DNA of 64,000 nucleotides, from assembly GCA_001642005.1 (NCBI GenBank), contig LWCA01000037.1:7257-71256 (forward strand), written 5' to 3'. This document shows positions 1-12,321 of the stretch, one piece after another. The DNA comes from Intoshia linei. Its lineage: Eukaryota > Animalia > Orthonectida. The notes under the pieces were generated by a model. The model had not been told where the DNA came from and ran no database searches. It saw only the letters and a list, made by a program, of their open reading frames with translations. Made by a program: the position numbers and the translations under genes. Position 1 is the stretch's first letter. Every line of letters begins with the position of its first letter.

Positions 1-10
1 TGGGACTACA

Positions 11-1743
11 ATGCAAACGATTGGAAATGTGATTAATGACGGTACTACCAATACCTTTGTATGTAATATATGCAACCGTGTCTTTAACAAATTCGCCATT
101 TATAATAAACACATGTCAACACATACTAGTATTATTGCCAGTAATGCGGACAAAAAGTTTATTTGCGAGGTTTGCGGAAGGCGTTATCTTTACGAAAGGA
201 ATTTACGTGATCACCAGCAACAAGGGCACGACAGTGAATGTAAGCCCCATAAATGTCCGTACTGTGATAAAGGATATGATTTGGCTAACAATTTGAAATA
301 TCACATGATTTGGTGCACATCTGGGGCCAAAGCTAATGACATTGAAAGGATTGAACTGAGATCTATTGTTAACCAAATGAAAGTAGATAAAATTAAAAAA
401 ACTGTTTCTTGCGTTTATTGCAATAACGTCGTTTCCAATTTGCAAAGTGTCAAAAGACACATGTGGATTACTCATAAAAAGTTTCTGAGTCTAGATTACC
501 CACTGAGATGCCCAATTTGCAAAATTATGTATGATTCCTCCTTTGATTTTCTGATTCATTTGAAGTCTTGCACAGGTTTATATTTATTGGGTGTACAACT
601 TGGAAAATGGGTCAATTAACTTAATAATTTAAATGGTTGTACACCCTATTGTGTGTAATTTATATATTTATTTTAATTATCATTTTAGGGACTGTTCAAC
701 TAATTGCCGGTAGTAATGAAATAAAAACTTTGGCAATGTCAGAAACTCTGGAAAAGGAAAAAATGGCACTACTTAATAACGTGGACTATGCCACGATTGT
801 CACTGATGTTGATTCTTCTAACGGTTATCGATGTGGCCTATGTAATTATGTTTCCAGTACTTATGGTGGTACCAGACGACATTACTTTAGAACTCATGAA
901 AATAAACCCATTCCACAACCCAATTCTCTAAAATGTACAATTTGTGAAACCTACTTCAAATCCCCTGGAGGTTTAAAAGCTCATATGCGCCATCATAATG
1001 GCAAAGTAAGCAGTACTAAATTTTCTCTCAAGTGTGCAGATTGCGGCCGTTTATGTGCCACGCCGTATGCTTTACGAGCTCATAGGCGAATTCATACTGG
1101 AGAAAAACCATTTAAATGCGAAATTTGCTCTAAATCTTTCAGATTTTCTTCCGAATTACCAGTTCACATGCGTCTCCACTCTGGATCCAAACCCTATAAA
1201 TGTGACAAGTGTGGTCGCTCTTTTCACCAATCCAGTAACTTTAGACGTCATGAATATACTTGCAGTTCAGGTTTAGTGCCACCCCCACCAAACAGCATAT
1301 GTCACATATGTAACAAAAGTTTCTCTCATAGTTCTAGTCTTACTGCTCATATGCGCATTCATACCGGAGAAAGGCCTTATTTTTGCAAACATTGCGGAAA
1401 AACCTTTGTTCAAATGTCAAATAAAAAACGCCACGAGATGAGCTGTGCCGGGTGTCAAGGTTCTTCCATGATTTGTCCCGTTTGCAATCAATTTTATAAT
1501 GGAATGGCTAGTCTTAGAGCTCATATGCGACGGCATTCTTCAGATTCTGACAAGAAAATGTACCAATGCTGCAAGTGTGGCATTAGTCTAACTACCGCCA
1601 ACGAAAGAACAGCACACGAGGGCACCTGCGAAAACACAATCATTGTATTAACTGTCAATTCATCAGATGCTTCAGAAGTACCTGCAAATGTTACGGAAGA
1701 AGAGGTGATTAATTCAACTACTATGGTCAATAATGTTTTGTAA
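11..1743 (+). CDS. Multi-finger C2H2/C2HC zinc-finger protein; exons 11-575 and 689-1743 (may extend upstream of the window)
   Basis: Many CxxC..HxxxH/C fingers with HTGEKPF/HTGERPY linkers. A GT..AG intron at 576-688 joins the two ORFs in frame (G|GG ACT GTT). Confidence 0.85.
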
Positions 1744-2072
1744 TTTGTATTTTATTTTTATATTAAATTTTTAATTTTTGTATTTTATAATAAATTTTAG
1801 TTAGTTTTATATTTTAAGATTTGTATTTTTCTGTTTCGAATAATTTTTGAAAACACTTTAAACAAATATTAAAATGTTTCATTTTTTACCAATATTTTAT
1901 TTAATGATCTTAAGGTTTTAATAAGTTCGTATCAACATTTCATCATACACCAAAATTTCTTTACTAAATTTAAGTTAACCAAATAAAAATATATTTATAT
2001 TAAAATATAGAATCGTTTGTAATCTTGGAACATTTTCAAATATCAATGTGCTTTTTCTTATCAAAATTGTAG

Positions 2073-4281
2073 GTGTGGACCAAATTTTATTTATTTCACA
2101 ATTGCGCCCTGTAGTAAAAAAGGTTAAGAAACATTGCCCTATAATAATTAAAGTTTCGTGTAATTTTCTAATATTTACTTTAACTTGTTACTTTTTATAC
2201 TATGCAATGAATGTACATGGTTTAATGCGTCTAAATGTGATAATCAATTAGCGTAGAGCCAGCGTTTTCAACAAATGAAACTAGTGATTTAGTTTTTAAA
2301 AGATATATAATGATGTAATTTTAATTATATAAATATTTTTCTATTCAAGAAAATTTAATTATGCTAGAAAATGTTTTTCATTTATCACAATTTTAACACT
2401 GATACATTGAGATTAAAATATACACGAGTTATTTTTAATGTGTCCAATTTTACCTTTTATAAAATGAGATGTACATTGTACAGTGTAATAAAAATTTATT
2501 AGTCCTACAAATCAGGTTTATCGCGCGAGAAAACATTGTTTACTAAGAATACATAAAAAACGTTTTTCAAATTAACGGGTTGAAAGTTTATAAAGGAATA
2601 AGTATTATAATAGATCGAAATATTTTAAACACTGTTTATAACCCCATTGTTTCATGACGGTTAGATCCATATCCGTTGATAGGTGGGTTGTGGTTATATG
2701 CAATGTATCCCCGTTTACAATTTTTGAGGTTTATTTTAGATTTATGGTGCCTCGAGCATTGGTATGCTTTGTGATCAATAATTATTGTATTATAATCGTG
2801 TTGGGATAAATTAATCGCAAAAATTAGTGTGGAACACTTTGAACTGATATTTAATGAAAATAATAAATATATCTTAAATGCTAACAATTAACGAATGAAT
2901 TATTGTAACTGAAATAAATAGACTATTTTTGACTTGGAAAATGATATACTGGAAACATTATATATTCATGTCATCACGAAAAATTTTTTTATGTCGCCTA
3001 GTGAAACGGGTTTGAAAGCACTGATCTATTAAAATAAATTATAAGTATTTATTTGTATAATTAAAATTATTGATTTGTTGATCAAAATTAGGAGTTGATA
3101 ATGTTTTAGAAATCAAGCTGGTCTGTGACCATTTGGCGCAAATTATTTAAGAAACCCATCATTATGTGATACCGTATGATGTAAATTTTGTTTATTAGAT
3201 TTCTGTGGTTTTTAATTTGAAATATAGCCGTATTTACCTGGATTATGAGAACTCAGAAGATGCAATAACTTCATAACATCCGTTATAAATATAGATTTCA
3301 CGCTTTAGAAATGTATAATAAGCGTCCGTATAATGAAGGTTGACTAACAGTGATTAACCTGCGTTTAACATTAAATATCCTTACTTATATAATATGCTAC
3401 GCAATATTTGTTTGCGTATGTGTTCCACTTTATTTCAATAACTACCTTTTGTAAGTTTATAATCTTAGAATTTTATAAAGTTTTGCTGGTATAAAAGTAT
3501 AAAGTTATTTTGCTGGAATTTATGACAATTTTTAGGATTGGACTGTTTAACCTAGTATATTATAATATGTTGGCGCAATAATTATTGCACCATATAAAAT
3601 TTTTAGAAAGATTTCGTAAAGTTACCACAGGGAAACTAGATCAACCTTTTTTAGATTCTAAAATGTTAGGAGTCCAAGTGGGTTGCAGGTACTAATTTTC
3701 CAACATACGTCAAGATATGAACCATACTAACACCTTCCGGGGATCGACAAAATATCAGTACATATGCAAATTAGTTGTATTGATTGTGTGTATATATTTT
3801 CAACTTTATGAAATGCCAATAAATATATAATTATTGTAGACCTGTCTTTATTTTTGGTGATGACTTCGCATATAGTAAGCTCAGCTCTGCATACAAATTT
3901 TTATATTGTGTAAAATTATTATTATAAAAATATAGGATAAAGTTATTTTTAAATAATATGATTGAAACTTCAACAGAAAATTCTTCATCATTATCACAAT
4001 TGCAGAATATTAATGTAAATATTGGTGAACACAACACAGAAATATGTTTAAAGAGATATTCAAATTGTATATTGATGTTGATTACCCAGACTGGAACAAT
4101 AAATAAAATTGTTTATTTAAAATATATTGTTTATATTAATTTTTAGTTTGACTACTCTAAATCAAAATCTATATCAAATTTATCCATAAATAAACAATAT
4201 ACAGGCCGTATGGTACTGGGAACATCAGATAATTTGGTAACATTAATTGATCTAAATAATAGTATTCTTTTATTGGACTAA
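2073..4281 (+). CDS. Possible multi-exon gene, weakly WD40/dynein-intermediate-chain-like; model unresolved
   Basis: A series of short GT..AG-bounded open segments (SWSVTIWRKLFKKPII; RFRKVTTGKLDQPFLDSKMLGVQVGC; GRMVLGTSDNLVTLIDL*). No full frame was reconstructed. Confidence 0.3.
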
Positions 4282-4588
4282 TACTTATAATATTAATACG
4301 ATTAATAAATAATAAATTATTATACGGTTAATCAATGATGTAATTAATTATATAGTGTATAAGTTATGGTATATATTCCCCAAGAACATAAATGTTCCTT
4401 AAATGGAATATTTGGTAACTTCGGAGTTCCTAGGAATTCAATTTTTTGTAGATGTATTTTATTTCCTTATTTATTTTATCTTGTTATATTATATTAGCAT
4501 GTGTTTGACAACATACAATACATGTATGTAAAGTAAGAATATATACATCTACGGCACCCTGACTACAACTAAAATAATCATTAAATAT

Positions 4589-6009
4589 CATCAGTTGCTT
4601 ATATAACAATGAATGTCTGTGTGTATTACACACTAACCATTTATTGAAAAAATGTCATTTTGAATAAAAATGTAATAAAACATACATTCTGGAACGCGTT
4701 TTAAAATCATTAAGATTGCCGTTAATCTCAAAAACGCATACCTTCATGATCAATATCCCAACTTACCCTTTGTTTTAAAAATGAAACACGTCATAAAATT
4801 TTTTTAAACATAAATTCTGGGATAGTTTTTAAAATCATAAACATTTTCATAAATGGAAACATCAAAAAAAATAATTTTTACGATCAAAACCCACATTACC
4901 AATTTTTAAAAAAAACAGCCCTAGGATTTAAAAAAATTGTAGATGGTAGTTGTATCCTGTTAAGACACACAAAAAATTTTAATCTGAATAAGTGACACCT
5001 TCACGGTCAAAAAAGTACTTTAAAATTAATTTTTTTTTTATTTTGAAACTATTTTATTATAACAAAAAATTTGAAATAATAATTAATAGTCCTACAATTA
5101 AAAAAAAAGATTATTCTGATAGAGCTTATTCCATTTGATATAAATATAAAATTTCAACCCCAGAAGTTTGCATTTCCGGTGAAAAATAATTTTTAATATA
5201 TTACAAACCAATATTTTTCAAATGTTGGATTAAAATTAAAAATAATCATCCTACAATTTAAAAAAAAGTGTTCATTGAACGTAGCACGATTTACACGATT
5301 CTACACATTTACAATATATAAATATGGGTGGAAATCTATTTAATTGATTCCTTCGGGATTTTTTTCATTTCTACGCAATTTTTGATTCTCATTTTCAAAA
5401 CATTTTGTTTAAAATTTAAACTAAAAATACAACAACGAATTACTAAAAGTAATACAACTTTGTTATTATCATTTTTATATTATTACAATCGGTTTGCAAT
5501 ATTGGTAAAATTCATCTGAAATATGTTTTTAAAGTGCTGATTCCGTTAATTATTACATATTTGGTATTTTTAATTATTTATTAAATTGGTACTGAATATA
5601 TATATAAACACATTGAAAATTACAAAATAGGTTTTTACAATTTTATTTTTTCTGGAATTTATCTTATTTATGACAATTTTTAGGATTGGACTGTTAATAC
5701 TTTATTTTTAATATTCACACATTCTGTCTAATTAATTAAAAAAATGAAACAATTTTTGTTAAAATTCTTTACACAAACGTTAACAATAAATTTAACGTAT
5801 AATATTTAACTTTAAATTAAACGGTAATGTGATATTACGGGTCCACGTGTAACAAGTTTAGAACCAATCCTTTAAATGATTGATAATGGTCAATAGTAGC
5901 ATTTTTAGGTTAAATTTTCTTAATGAATTTATTTTTCTGGTAGAATAAAATGTCCGCCCTTTGCAGAGCTATGATGCTGTTTGTACGAAGTACATAACAG
6001 TCAAGCTAG
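4589..6009 (+). mobile_element. Non-autonomous Helitron-like element
   Basis: The 3' end has hairpin CTGTTTGTAC-GAA-GTACATAACAG then TCAAGCTAG|T. The 5' end resembles TC...TATATAA...GTCTGTGTG (5' boundary approximate). Its 3' ~650 bp recurs at ~13430-14076; the 3' end recurs at ~45010-45257 and, reversed, at 34071-34150. Confidence 0.65.
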
Positions 6010-6888
6010 TATGTGATATAGAGTGTTCGGCGAATTGACCAATGTAATATGTCAAAGACTTTCATTAATTGATGTAGATTCTATGTGATATAATGTAAAA
6101 TTATATTCCATCAATATAACTTTGATATATCAAACACATAATTTTTGTTAGCATTGCCGTAATTGTTTTAAAATTCTCAAAATATAAACAATGAAAGTAA
6201 AATATAACCGTACTATGTAGTCTATTAGAAAACATATAGATATCAACTACATGTGTTATAATTTATAACATTATATTAATTACACTTATTTTAGAATGAA
6301 ATTGAATCATATTGTGATTGTTTGGTGAATAGTTTCAATTTTAAACACGACAGTCTTCGTTTAATTTTGAGCCTTAAAGATGAATCCGCAAATACGTTTA
6401 AAAAAATTATAGAAATATGTAAAAAAGAAATAAATTATAATTTATGAATTACTCTCAATAGCGATAATTTATTGAAATCGATCTACCTACATTTATTAGT
6501 AACTAGCCTCACTGTTATGTAGTTCAACCATTCTCTACGGGGTCCATAAAAATTTTAGTTAAATTATTTACAAAAATAAAACAATGATATTTCCGCAATG
6601 ATTTCTAATTAACTCCAACTAAGTAAAAAAATAATAAATATGCTCCGCGATACATTTTATAATTTATTAACGGGCCGCCGTGAAAAAAGTGTAGGAACCC
6701 CTGCTGTATCCCATATCCTCGTCTTGAGATTACCATATAGTTATGCAGTATTGCAGATATGTAGTATACACTGTATACTATACAGTGTTGTATATAGTAC
6801 AGAATATTTTAGCGTTTTAATTTATTACATTTATCCATAACAACCAACTGTCATGACAATAAACTTTATTTCCTGTACAATATAAAAT

Positions 6889-7953
6889 ATGTCTATTGCA
6901 TTGACGCGGTTAATCGAAGAAAGAAAGCAATGGCGCAAGCAGAAATTATTTGTAATTTGACCTTTTTTGATTTAACCGTTATTTAGGCATTTGAGGCTAA
7001 ACCTATAACAAAAGATGGAACTTTGAATATGTTTGAATGGAATGCAACCATCCCTGGAAAAACTGGAGTAACTATTTTATTGTGTAATATCCCTAAAGAC
7101 TAAATAGACTAATTGGGAAAAGGGATCTTTCAATTTACGATTGTATTTCAAAGATGATTATCCAACAACGCCCCCTCGATGTAATTTTAAAAAAAGTATA
7201 AATATCCCATCAAAGTATGAATGATATATCTAGATTATAGAAGTTTACAGTATTACAACTAATTGATAATATAGAATATTTAAATTTTTTGAATAGGGCC
7301 AAATTTTCTCAAAGTATGAACAAAATTAGTTCAAATAAGTTTAATTAGTTAAACCCGTCAGATTAAAATTTTTAGATATTGTTAATGATTATAATTTTTT
7401 CGTGTTGGGTGGTATTAATCTTTATTTGGACCTACAGTTGTGACAATTTTTAATAAATAAATCTTAATCAAGATTAGTAAAACTTTGATTTTATTTTTAA
7501 TATTTTAGGTAAATTTGAACCGACTATTTTCCATCCCAATATTTATCCATCAGGAACTGTTTGTTTGTCACTGTTAGATGAGGATAAAGACTGGAAACCA
7601 TCCGTTTCAATCAAACAAGTAATTAATTTTTTTGGGTATCATTTGGAATTTTAAAAATTAGAAAATATATATTATGACATTTGAAGTTGCAAAAACTGTA
7701 TAAACTCCATTTAACAGTGATCGTACTAAAGTTATGATAGTGGTAGTTCAAAATAATGAAATTTTTTAGATTTTAACTGGCATTCAAAAATTATTAAATG
7801 AACCAAACATTAAAGATCCTGCACAAGCTGATGCATACACTGTATATTGGTATTTTTAAAAAAAATTTAAAATATTTTAAATTTAGTAATAACCGCGAGG
7901 AATATGATAAACGAATACGCGAACAAGCAGAACGATTTCATAAAAATTATTAA
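6889..7953 (+). CDS. UBE2I: SUMO E2 conjugating enzyme Ubc9 (6 exons)
   Basis: Spliced: [27 protein letters not shown]|[18 protein letters not shown]|[36 protein letters not shown]|[24 protein letters not shown]|[17 protein letters not shown]. Mini-introns at 6952-6986, 7068-7107 and 7850-7886. Confidence 0.95.
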
Positions 7954-10854
7954 ATTTTATTTCATTATTTATACATTTTATCATATCTTGCATCAACGGT
8001 GCATCTGGTGTAATACATGTTAAATTAAATGATTTTAAATAATTTGCAGTTTGTTTTCCCATACAAATATATCTCACCTTGTTGGCAAAAAAACTTTCTA
8101 TTTTGGAACCTAGATTATTTTATAAAAAAATCAATATGTATTAGTAAGTGACTATTTTCAATGTATATGATACGGTTCTTTCTGGAATTTCGAAGGGGTC
8201 TCAGGTCATTAAATTTTACTTTAATTGCTTTATAAATTGTCTGTAATCATTTTTTCATCATCTTAAATCTGGTTGGAAAGCTGAATAAATGGTTACCGCC
8301 CCTGCATTGAAGGAAAAATGCACTGTAGATTAAATTTAACCTAATACTAATGGAATAAAACAGTTATTTATATTTAAATATCGATGATATTCTTACTAAT
8401 CTAACATTGATTATTTACAAACTGAACCAGAGGTGGGGATGCATTTACTGTCCGAAGGCCGCAATAACGTCCAAAAACATTTTAATAAGGTCGCACCTTT
8501 CTCAATAAAATTTAATCAAATACAGCAGTGCTTCTCATTGGGGTGAATGATAAAATTTTAGCATATTTTATTTAATTTAGTAAAATCTTATGAGAAAAAG
8601 CCAAAATTTTATCGACCCTTAAGGAAATAATCCCTTTACCAAACTTTTAAATCAAAAACTCCTCTATCTGATTCCAAAAGCAAAAGCCTAATTTTACCAA
8701 CACTTTAGGAAAAAATGGCTTTTACCAATATTTTTCTGATAATCCCATTTTATAAAAAATTAATATTTTGAATGATAAATAAAATAATTCAAATTGTTCA
8801 GAAGGTCCCACCTCTAAACTAAACTATATTGTTAACCATTTTTGTCTAGTGAATGAATATTTAATATTCAACAATTTTTTATAATACACGATAAAAAATT
8901 ATAAGGACCCTGACTTGAATAAAATTATACTTACCAAATATAAGTAGTTAAAATAAATTTATAAAATTGAATTTTGACTTGGTAAATTAAATTATAAAAG
9001 TAAACTGTATTTACATTTATATAAGTTAGATATATCATTCAATACTACCAATGCATAGCGAATTATACATTGAAAATAATGGCCTTAATAATAATAATAT
9101 TAATAAATAATAACATGTATAAACTACAAAAGCTAATTTTACGTAAAATTAGGTTATCGTGTCATTAAAAAATAAACCAATTTGATTAATAATAACGTTG
9201 AAAACAGATTCGACGCCAGAAGGACTGAAAAATGCAACAACATGAGCATTTCGCTAAAAATGTAAATGTATACGTGAATTAAAAATAGTACCACACCCGG
9301 TTGATGAATTAATGTTTGCAATTGTGAATTAGGAATAGTATTGTAGACATAAAAACTTTTATATTCAATTTCTAAAATATAAAATAAATTATGCGATAAT
9401 AACCTTATTTAAAATCAAGGATACAAATCAACATAGGAACGATTTGTCAATAAAATTTTATAAAACAATTGAATGGGATTGCAAGATTTGCTATTTGGAA
9501 AGAAAAAGCAAAATGATATTAAAAAATCAATCCAAAACCTCGATCTCCAATTAACCACCAATCAAAAACGCATAGATGACTGCAACACCAAATTCGAAGC
9601 TTGTACAAAGAGAGCCCTAGAATTTAAGAAAAAAGGGAAAACGAATGGTAAACCTAATCGACCCGAATATACTAATTTTAGATGCTATGCGTGTTTTAAA
9701 GCAGCGAAAGCGTATAAGTGAACAAATTAAAAAATTGGATAATCAAATAGCTAATTTGGACAATTTAAAATTTGATCTAATTGAAGTTCAAACGCAAAAA
9801 GAACATATAAAATCGGTGAAAGAAGCTTCCGATGCAATTAAAAGTGAAATGAAAAATATGTTTGATATTTTTAATCGTTTTAATGTATCATGTTTATAGT
9901 ACCATTGATAAAGTTAGTGATACTCAAGATGATTTGAATGCAATCAGGGACGATCTTAATGATATGAACAACATTCTGGCAGATAATGCTGAAATGAGAG
10001 ACAGCGAGATTGGCTTGGAGGCATATTGTATTTTGACATTGTAAATTGATTTTAGGACCTTGAAAATGAATTTATGAACCTTGAAAATGAAATACAAGCA
10101 GATGAACTCAGTCCTATTAAAGAAGAAACAGACACTAAAGACATTGATAAGGATATAGAACTCATTCTGAACGATTTAGAAGACGTGCCAACTGATAAAG
10201 TTAAAAAAGAAACTGGTTCAAATTTAAATATTTTTAATTACTAGTTATTTAGAAACAGATTTCCGTGATAACCTCGAAAAATGGCTTACGTGACAAAATG
10301 AAAATGTAGCATTAAATGTTTATATTAAGACCTTTTTCTTGGAAATATTTATCAATAATGTCCAAAGAACGAACTCCTCGAATATATATCAATATTCTTT
10401 CTTCTAATATAATAAAAATTTGTACAGAAATAATAAAATACCATTTTCGAATAATTCTATCAAATTATCAGCGCTATTAGCTATAATTCGACTGGAAAAC
10501 GGGGCAAAACTTTGCACTAAGAAAATATTGTATATGACTACGACTGAACGCTTACCAAATTTTGCAATTTGTCTTCCAACAATATAAAATTTTGCATCAT
10601 TTAATCCAAAATTTTCTAATCTCTTGGCAGCATATTTGCTGGTTAATATAATGGTCAAATTATTATTTTCCCGCAGCAAATTGAGCAATTCATTGCTAAA
10701 GGTAAATTGAATAATATGAATCGGTTCAATAAATAAAACGTCCGCATCTTTTGAAATTGTCTTTGAAATTTATATTTTTATGTCAAAAATCACATACATT
10801 TTCATAAATATTGTTTGAATCTGAATGCGTTTTGAAAAGTATCACTTTTTTCAT
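7883..10854 (-). CDS. UROS: Uroporphyrinogen-III synthase (HemD), 7 exons
   Basis: Spliced: MKKVILFKTHSDSNNIYEN|..IEPIHIIQFTF..IILTSKYAA..FYIVGRQIA|..NSADNLIELF|..LIYIRGVRSLDII..QEK|EIEYKSFYVYNTIP|..VAFFSPSGVESV|..RYICMGKQTANYL..PDAP. This matches the UROS motif order (IFTS, VVG, VYQT, FFSPSG, AIGPTTA). All junctions are GT-AG and in frame. Confidence 0.85.
9473..10293 (+). CDS. CHMP4: ESCRT-III Snf7/CHMP4 (Vps32) family protein, nested antisense in a UROS intron
   Basis: MGLQDLLFGKKK..AMRVLKQRKRISEQIKKLDNQIANL.. with acidic C-terminus DLENEFMNLE..LEKWLT*. Four mini-introns. Confidence 0.85.
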
Positions 10855-10999
10855 TATTATAATTAATTGGTAACCAATTTTATCATTGTCACTAGTGTAC
10901 TAATTTAAATTATGTGAAAATAACTTTATAAGTTATTTGTAAATATTTGGTTTGTTTTTGTAAATGATATCTGTACAAATTAAAAGTATTACATAAGAA

Positions 11000-12273
11000 A
11001 TGGTATGATTCTACTGTAAATTGACATTCTAATGTTATATAGGCATATCATTCGACATTTACAAATAATAATTATAAGGTTATTGGCGATACAGCCTTAC
11101 TACCTTTACGTACAAAAATTAGAGGACCAGCTGTTAAAACAAGTTTATCTATTTGATACTTTTTATATTTTTCAGACGAAAATTACGATATCATTGATGA
11201 AGTTTTATTATTTTTTAAAGCCAATATCCTCTTTAAAAGTTTCACTATCCAGGTAGAATCGGTCATTTTTATTTTGTATGTCTTTTTAGTCTGAAGCTGA
11301 TCGTACCTTAATTTACATTACTCTTTATATTACAGAAGTTTTGAAAAAAGCAGTCAAGGTACACTATTAATTCATCAATGGTCACGTTAAGACTTGTCTT
11401 AAGAGTCAAGATAACAATACCTGTAAAAAGTTGATTGTTGACAAGTTTAACGAACAAACGTTGATTTAGAAATTTTTAATAAATTTTATTGATCAATCAC
11501 TTATTTTACTAAATTGACATTTTATAAAAAAGTACTAACTGTACTGTACTTGAATAATTTATTTTTACTAAAAAATAAAAATGATTTATTCATAGTATTC
11601 CATTTAAAATGTTTTGTAATGAGAATAATGAATAAGGTACGAGAAACAATTCAAAAACAACATAAAAATAAATTTTTTTATTTTTCATTCTAATTAAAAA
11701 TTCCGTTAGCGTTAACGGGATTAAAGTGTATTAAAATTACGCTGATTTGGTTATAAGTGAATTTATGATTTAAAATCAAAAAAATTAGTCATGTCAGTTT
11801 AGAATAGTCAATTTCATACAAATTTTTTTTGAGAATTTGTGAGAATCATTATAATGTACTTATATGTATTGATAATTTAGTGCCAAAATAAAAACAACAC
11901 TGTAAAAGAACTGCATTCTATGAGTATTGAAAAATTTTCTATACCTGGAGATCAATCATTTCCTCTTAAAGGTTTATATGCCTCTCCAGCAAACCGAAAC
12001 GAAGAAGGTTTTTAACTGTTATGAAATATTTTATAGATTTTAAATTTTTATTAAATTATTTGTAATTTGAGTTTTATTAGCAGAAATACGAGGATACCTA
12101 ACCCAAGTGCGACAGGAAGTAAACGAAAGATTGTCAACCATTTTGTTCAAGGATTCTGATAAAAAACCTTCAAAAGTTTCATTTTTAAACGTGTAATTTA
12201 AATTTTTTAGTGGTGGACCTGTTTCGTAAAAAGAAAATTTATGGATAAAAGTCTATCTAAAGCTGGACAATGA
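11000..12273 (+). CDS. ARPC3: Arp2/3 complex subunit 3 (p21-Arc)
   Basis: M|AYHSTF..GDTALLPLRTKIRGPA..DIIDEVLLFFKANI..EADRTLIYITLYI..FSIPGDQSFPL..RGYLTQVRQE..KPSK|WWTCFVKRKFMDKSLSKAGQ*. Confidence 0.95.
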
Positions 12274-12321
12274 ACCAACCTCTTTATTAATTTAGCTTGA
12301 CTAATAAATATTGAATATTAT

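Noticed and set aside
11000-11042. ATG-only first coding exon of ARPC3
   Set aside because: An intron right after the first codons is ordinary for ARPC3 and many eukaryotic genes.
9400-12300. Alternative genetic code (stop-codon reassignment) to explain broken ORFs
   Set aside because: All in-frame stops are removed by 34-42 bp introns, and TAA, TAG and TGA are all used as true stops.
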